From NCBI GenBank assembly GCA_046760905.1, contig JBHIFB010000003.1:1-51487 (forward strand): 51,487 nucleotides of DNA, read 5' to 3'. Position numbers and translations under genes: made by a program. The notes beneath the pieces were generated by a model. It was not told where the DNA came from, ran no database searches, and was given only the letters and a program-made list of their open reading frames with translations. Below are positions 46,785-51,487 of the stretch, one piece after another; the stretch's first letter is position 1, and every line of letters begins with the position of its first letter. This stretch comes from Candidatus Glassbacteria bacterium. GTDB lineage: Bacteria; Gemmatimonadota; CAZMKB01.

Positions 46785-47693
46785 ATGAAGTTTAGCTTCT
46801 GCATAAGGATATTCCTCCTGCTTGTATACTGCCAAACATTGGCATGTGATCATGTTAAGAACGAGGGCAAGGGAAGCGAAGCAATCAGGATTGTCGATGA
46901 TCTCGGTAGAACCGTCGTTTTTTACGGAAGTCCTTCGAGGGTCGTTTCTCTTGCACCGAATATTACAGAGATTGTGTTCTTCCTCGGCTGCGGGGATAAG
47001 CTCGTGGGAGTCACGAACCAATGCGACTGGCCACCTGCTGCCGGATCTCTAACGAAAGTGGGGGATTTCTCAAATCCAAGCATCGAACGTATAATCGATC
47101 TTTCGCCCGACCTTGTTCTCACCACCTCACTCGAACAGGACCGCTGGGTTGTGAAACTCTCATCTCTCGGGATAAAGGTTTTTTCGATTTATCCAGGCGA
47201 TTGTGAGGAACTGGTAAATAGCATGAAAAAACTTCTCAAAGTTCTCGGTGAAACACGGGCAGGCTCCGACTCGATCAGGTTTTTTGAAGAAAAGATCGTT
47301 GCTCTTGAATCGATACCGGGAAACACAGGAGCTGAGAGACCCAGAGTCTTCGTAGAGATATCAGATAGTCCGCTGATGACTGCCGGGGATGATTCATTCG
47401 TGAGTGATCTCATCGAGAGAGCCGGTGGATTAAACATTGCAATGGGATTGCAAAGGGAATACTGTATTATAAATCCAGAACGGGTGATTCGTGACGATCC
47501 AGAAGTCATTTTCATATTCCATGGACTCGCCTCGCGTGATGAATTATCCCGTAGGATCGGGTGGGCTAACATCGAGGCGGTGAAGAGCGGAAGGGTGTTC
47601 GATGATGTGAACCCGGATTACGTGCTGAGGCCTGGACCCAGGGTCATAAAAGGTATCATATCTCTACGGGAGAGGTTACATGGAGAAGATTGA
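46785..47693 (+). CDS. Periplasmic substrate-binding protein, BtuF / Fe-siderophore class
   Basis: VVSLAPNITEIVFFLG...LVGVT. 302 aa with a signal peptide. Confidence 0.75.
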   Translation: MKFSFCIRIFLLLVYCQTLACDHVKNEGKGSEAIRIVDDLGRTVVFYGSPSRVVSLAPNITEIVFFLGCGDKLVGVTNQCDWPPAAGSLTKVGDFSNPSIERIIDLSPDLVLTTSLEQDRWVVKLSSLGIKVFSIYPGDCEELVNSMKKLLKVLGETRAGSDSIRFFEEKIVALESIPGNTGAERPRVFVEISDSPLMTAGDDSFVSDLIERAGGLNIAMGLQREYCIINPERVIRDDPEVIFIFHGLASRDELSRRIGWANIEAVKSGRVFDDVNPDYVLRPGPRVIKGIISLRERLHGED

Positions 47694-48675
47694 AGGGAGG
47701 AGCTTTTCCCGGTCTGGCCTGTTCAGAAAGACTGGCCTTTTCCTGTTTATCCTGATGTGCGTGTCCGTACTTTCCCTGTACGTCGGTCCCGCCGGCACCG
47801 ACTTCGGAATAATTATGAGAGTGAGGCTTCCAAGGGTTGTGCTGGGGATAATCGTGGGCGGAACCCTTGCTATGTCTGGTGCGGTATTCCAGGGTGTGCT
47901 ACGAAATCCGCTGGCCGATCCGTACATTCTCGGCACAAGCACGGGTGGTGCTCTCGGCGCATCCGTCGGCCTCATCCTGTTGGGCAGTTCAGGAGTCGTC
48001 TCCTCGCTGGTCATCCCTATCTTGGCGTTTTCTGGATCTTTCCTTACAACGATCATCGTGTACCTCATGTCTAGAAGAGGTGGGAGGGTTCCAAGGGAAA
48101 CTCTTCTCCTCTCAGGTGTAATCGTCGGTACTCTTTTTGGAGCCATCATTATGTTTCTCATGACCTGGGCAGAGAAGGAACTTCATGAGATACTTTACGT
48201 TCTCATGGGATACCTGGGTATGATATGGACCGGTGAAACACTTTACATGGTTGTCATGGTAACAGCCATGGTCATTGCCGGTGGCTTTCTTATATACTAT
48301 CATGCGAGAGACCTTAATCTGTTGTCTCTGGGTGAGGAACAGGCTTTCTCGTTGGGTGTCGATGTTGAGAGGACCAAATTATATCTATTCTTCTCAGCCT
48401 CCTTGATCACAGGGTCAGTGGTTTCATTGAGCGGTCTTATAGGTTTTGTAGGACTCGTTGTACCACACATCGTCAGGATGGCTCTCGGCACGGATAACAG
48501 AATTCTCATCCCTGCGAGCTTCCTTGCTGGATCGACGCTCCTCATCGTTTCAGACACAGTAGCCCGGTCTCTTTTTATACAGGAGATCCCCGTCGGCGTG
48601 GTGACGGCTCTTTTCGGCACGCCTTTCTTCATCTACCTGCTCAGAAGGGAAGGGAAAACCGAGGCGAGAGGTTGA
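47680..48675 (+). CDS. FecCD-family ABC permease (BtuC-like)
   Basis: 331 aa with about 9-10 transmembrane segments. Overlaps the binding-protein gene by 14 nt. Confidence 0.85.
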   Translation: MEKIEGRSFSRSGLFRKTGLFLFILMCVSVLSLYVGPAGTDFGIIMRVRLPRVVLGIIVGGTLAMSGAVFQGVLRNPLADPYILGTSTGGALGASVGLILLGSSGVVSSLVIPILAFSGSFLTTIIVYLMSRRGGRVPRETLLLSGVIVGTLFGAIIMFLMTWAEKELHEILYVLMGYLGMIWTGETLYMVVMVTAMVIAGGFLIYYHARDLNLLSLGEEQAFSLGVDVERTKLYLFFSASLITGSVVSLSGLIGFVGLVVPHIVRMALGTDNRILIPASFLAGSTLLIVSDTVARSLFIQEIPVGVVTALFGTPFFIYLLRREGKTEARG

Positions 48676-48676
48676 C

Positions 48677-49477
48677 ATGAGTTATGCCATACGGGTGGAA
48701 GAAGTAAGCTTCAAATACGATTCGAAGCAGGTGATCTACGACCTCAGCTTCGGCGTAGAAGAGGGAGAAGCGCTCGGAATCATAGGAAAAAACGGGAGCG
48801 GCAAGACGACGCTTCTGCGATTGATCGCAGGTTGGCTGCATCCTCAAAGAGGCGGGATCGAAGTGTTTGGAAGGAAGATAAGAGAAATGAGTGATAATGA
48901 AAGATCAAGGACACTGGCGCTTCTCTCTCAGAGTGTTGAGTTTTCCTTCGAAACGAGCGTGTTTGAGATGATTCTTCTGGGGAGGGCACCTTACATCGGA
49001 AGGTTCCAGGAACCGAGGCCAGTGGATATCGAGGTCGTTAAGTGGGCAATGGAGCTTACGGATACATGGGAACTTAGAAAAATACCCGTGAGCCAGCTCT
49101 CCGCTGGAGAGAGGCAGAGGGCTATGATATCAAGGGCCTTCGCCCAGCAGACGCCTATACTGCTTCTTGACGAACCCACATCGAATCTGGACATCGCCCA
49201 TCAGAGGATGGTCATGGATAATATCTCCTGGTTGAGGAAGGAGAGGAACATAACGGTTATGCTCGTGAGCCATGATGTAAACCTAACCAGCCGCTATTCC
49301 GACAGGATGCTCATGATGACGGAGGGTAGGAAAGTGGCGCTGGGTCCTGGCCTTGAGGTGCTCACAGGGAGCAATCTCAGGGCCACCTATGGAGTCGATC
49401 TCGTGATAGAGGAGAGAGGAGGCAGGAAAGTTGTACTTGAATGGGAGAATGGGGGAAAACTTGTCCCATGGGAGTGA
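48677..49477 (+). CDS. ABC transporter ATPase (BtuD/FepC-like)
   Basis: Walker A GKNGSGKTTLLR, signature LSAGERQRAMISRAF, Walker B LLLDEPTSNLD. Confidence 0.9.
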   Translation: MSYAIRVEEVSFKYDSKQVIYDLSFGVEEGEALGIIGKNGSGKTTLLRLIAGWLHPQRGGIEVFGRKIREMSDNERSRTLALLSQSVEFSFETSVFEMILLGRAPYIGRFQEPRPVDIEVVKWAMELTDTWELRKIPVSQLSAGERQRAMISRAFAQQTPILLLDEPTSNLDIAHQRMVMDNISWLRKERNITVMLVSHDVNLTSRYSDRMLMMTEGRKVALGPGLEVLTGSNLRATYGVDLVIEERGGRKVVLEWENGGKLVPWE

Positions 49478-51371
49478 AGCCTTTCTGCTGGTGGCTGGCA
49501 TCATCGTCGTATCGTCTCTTTGTCCGGTAACCCTGTCGGCGAATGCGTGGGGGGGATGGGGGCAGTCTGAAGGCCCACAAGCCGATAGCACAGACACAAA
49601 TATCCATGAGACAGACTCCCTGACGGTTTCTGGAACCAGTTTGGATACAATGGCAGTCGCTGATACCTTGCAGGCGGAATCGGTTGACACTGCGTGGTTT
49701 GAAAACAGCGGCCTCGCTTCCCTACCCTTCGGTTTCCCCGTGGAGAGAGATCTGACTCCCGGCGATTTGCGCCTTATATCGAGAGAGGAAATCGAGAAGA
49801 CGGGGGCCCAGACACTTGGGGAACTTCTGCTCTGTATAGAAGATACAGAGATACTCTATGGCGGTTTCCTGGCAGACCAGCAGTATCTATCATTAGACGG
49901 CAGCCTGCCATATGAGGTGGTTGTGATGATCGATGGAGTGAGAGCCGGCGAGCCATCGACAGGGCTGATGGATCTGCGCGATCTGCCTGTGGAGAGTATT
50001 TACAGGCTCGAAATATTGCAGGGACCGATGGCAAACGTGGTGGCGGGTGAGGCAACAGGGGCGGTGCTTAACATCGTCACATCACGTCATCCCGGCGGAG
50101 TACCAGTGAGTAGGATAATGATTTTGGATGGTGACGGGGGACTCACACTTGTGCAGGGTAGTTTCTCGAGAGAAATGCCAAAAGGTGGTTTCATGCACCT
50201 GACCGCCGCCAGTACATCCCAGCAAGGGCTCACCGAGATCGTACCGTCGGATAACGTTCAGGTCTCATCCAGGACAGGTCTCAGTGTCCGCGGGATGCAA
50301 CTTGAGGCGTGGCTGAGAAGAAGCTCTGTCGACAGAGAAAACCAGGATGGATCAAAACTTGGATCCCACGAGCGGTTCACGTATGGTCTTACAATGAAGC
50401 GTCACGCCGGTGAGAGTACCATCTTCAAGGGCACAATTTCCCGTACCGTTCATCAGTTCTCCGGCGAGTTTGATTTCCCCGTCGATAACGGTTCCGAATC
50501 GGGAAGGACATCAATAGATCTCGGATTCATGAAACGGGTGGGAGAGAAAAATCGTGTTAGAGGGGGGTTCGAATGGGAGAGGTTACGGTTAGATGGGGCA
50601 GGGAGAGGGGATCGTGTGCTGAGGGGATCGGTATACACGATAGGATCATTCATGCCACTGGAATTATTACTTGTACAAACAGGCGGCCGGTTAGATTTCT
50701 TCGTCAATGAAGGACCCAAGGCGACGGGCGGTTTTTCCCTGGGATACATCGGATCCAGACTTGTGAGACCCTATCTGGCTCTGTCTAAGGGTAATTACAT
50801 CTTTCAGATGCCCGGCGGTATGCATGCTGAGGCCTCATCTTGGTGCTTTGAAGGGGGAGCGGACATCCTGCCATTTGAGAGGGTGAGAGCAATGGTATCA
50901 TACAGATCCAGAGGTTTCAATGAACCTGGATCCGTCCTTACCGAAGAAGAAACAAGCCAGGACATAGATCCCCTGGAAGGCATCGGACGGATGTCTTCAC
51001 GCAGCAGTTTCCAGACGAGGGTATGGCTCATAGCTTCGTCTAAGCTTTCTTTTGGTTTTGGCTACACAAGGTCGGAGTTCAATGATGAGTGGAGCGCGGT
51101 ATTCCCCTCCGAGACCATCCTGGCCCTATCGGCTAACCTCAGAAAGAATCTGAAGGGAGAGAATCTGATTTTCGAGGGAAGTGCCGCTCTTAAGAGAATA
51201 TACGAAGGTGAGATGGATCTACTGGATGTGAAAGCGGGCCTTCGAATCATTGACCTGGTGATCTTCTACAGCGGGAGAAACATGCTGGATAACAGATACG
51301 AGCCCCTCGACGGATTCAAACCCCAGGGAAGGTATGCGAAGTGGGGATTCTACTGGAACTTCCTTGATTGA
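49449..51371 (+). CDS. TonB-dependent outer-membrane receptor
   Basis: Signal peptide ending SANA, TonB-box-like DSLTVSG, plug motif RLEILQGPMANV, and a long beta-barrel region. The start is ambiguous (49431, 49449 or 49461). Confidence 0.8.
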   Translation: MGENLSHGSEAFLLVAGIIVVSSLCPVTLSANAWGGWGQSEGPQADSTDTNIHETDSLTVSGTSLDTMAVADTLQAESVDTAWFENSGLASLPFGFPVERDLTPGDLRLISREEIEKTGAQTLGELLLCIEDTEILYGGFLADQQYLSLDGSLPYEVVVMIDGVRAGEPSTGLMDLRDLPVESIYRLEILQGPMANVVAGEATGAVLNIVTSRHPGGVPVSRIMILDGDGGLTLVQGSFSREMPKGGFMHLTAASTSQQGLTEIVPSDNVQVSSRTGLSVRGMQLEAWLRRSSVDRENQDGSKLGSHERFTYGLTMKRHAGESTIFKGTISRTVHQFSGEFDFPVDNGSESGRTSIDLGFMKRVGEKNRVRGGFEWERLRLDGAGRGDRVLRGSVYTIGSFMPLELLLVQTGGRLDFFVNEGPKATGGFSLGYIGSRLVRPYLALSKGNYIFQMPGGMHAEASSWCFEGGADILPFERVRAMVSYRSRGFNEPGSVLTEEETSQDIDPLEGIGRMSSRSSFQTRVWLIASSKLSFGFGYTRSEFNDEWSAVFPSETILALSANLRKNLKGENLIFEGSAALKRIYEGEMDLLDVKAGLRIIDLVIFYSGRNMLDNRYEPLDGFKPQGRYAKWGFYWNFLD

Positions 51372-51487
51372 CCTCGAGGATTTTCCCCAAAAATTTAAGC
51401 TTTCTTTCTCCAATCGTGTAAATACCAAAAGATTTAGGTTCAATGTTTCTGGAGCCTAGAGCCCTTACATTCGACGCTTCGCATTGA

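Noticed and set aside
1-51487. Search for tRNA or rRNA genes, CRISPR repeats, transposase/integrase genes, toxin-antitoxin pairs or known defence-system signatures.
   Set aside because: I found none on either strand. The only repeats are the 82-2293 / 4870-5357 duplication and the small intergenic elements listed above.

Overview
51.5 kb chromosomal segment from a diderm (outer-membrane) bacterium, roughly 50% GC by eye. The lineage cannot be assigned from sequence alone. The archaeal-type ProRS, the DapL-type lysine pathway and the LptE/Lnt/secretin genes are compatible with an uncultivated, FCB-like group. I found no rRNA, tRNA, CRISPR array, transposase or integrase. Most of the window is tightly packed housekeeping genes: nudix-proS, guaA, an outer-membrane biogenesis trio (TPR, LolB-like, LptE-like), a dapA-dapB-dapL-lysC-asd operon, lnt, and rpmE-prfA-prmC-murA. 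Three zones stand out. (1) 82-5357: a GC-rich two-gene insert (membrane-anchored reductive-dehalogenase-like Fe-S protein plus an SGNH-type lipoprotein). It is bracketed by a diverged direct duplication of the nudix-proS-guaA 5' region. One copy keeps nudix and proS but truncates guaA. The other is an internally deleted relic that still carries the promoter and feeds the intact guaA. (2) 26.7-45.2 kb: a dense signalling block (PAS protein, two histidine kinases, four receiver proteins, one with an atypical GGDDF cyclase domain). It leads into a 12-gene type IV filament locus that mixes T2SS, T4P and MSHA traits. That locus shows no recognisable major pilin, prepilin peptidase or retraction ATPase. 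It has a strong sigma54 promoter match and a structured repeat element in the 308-nt gap before the pilin genes, and its first pilin has Met in place of the conserved Glu5. (3) 45.2-51.4 kb: a ComEC-type metallo-beta-lactamase lipoprotein, then a btuF-btuC-btuD plus TonB-dependent receptor operon. The most novel-looking candidate is the c-di-GMP/two-component-coupled filament locus, followed by the duplication scar. All functional calls come from motif recognition by eye. No database search was run.
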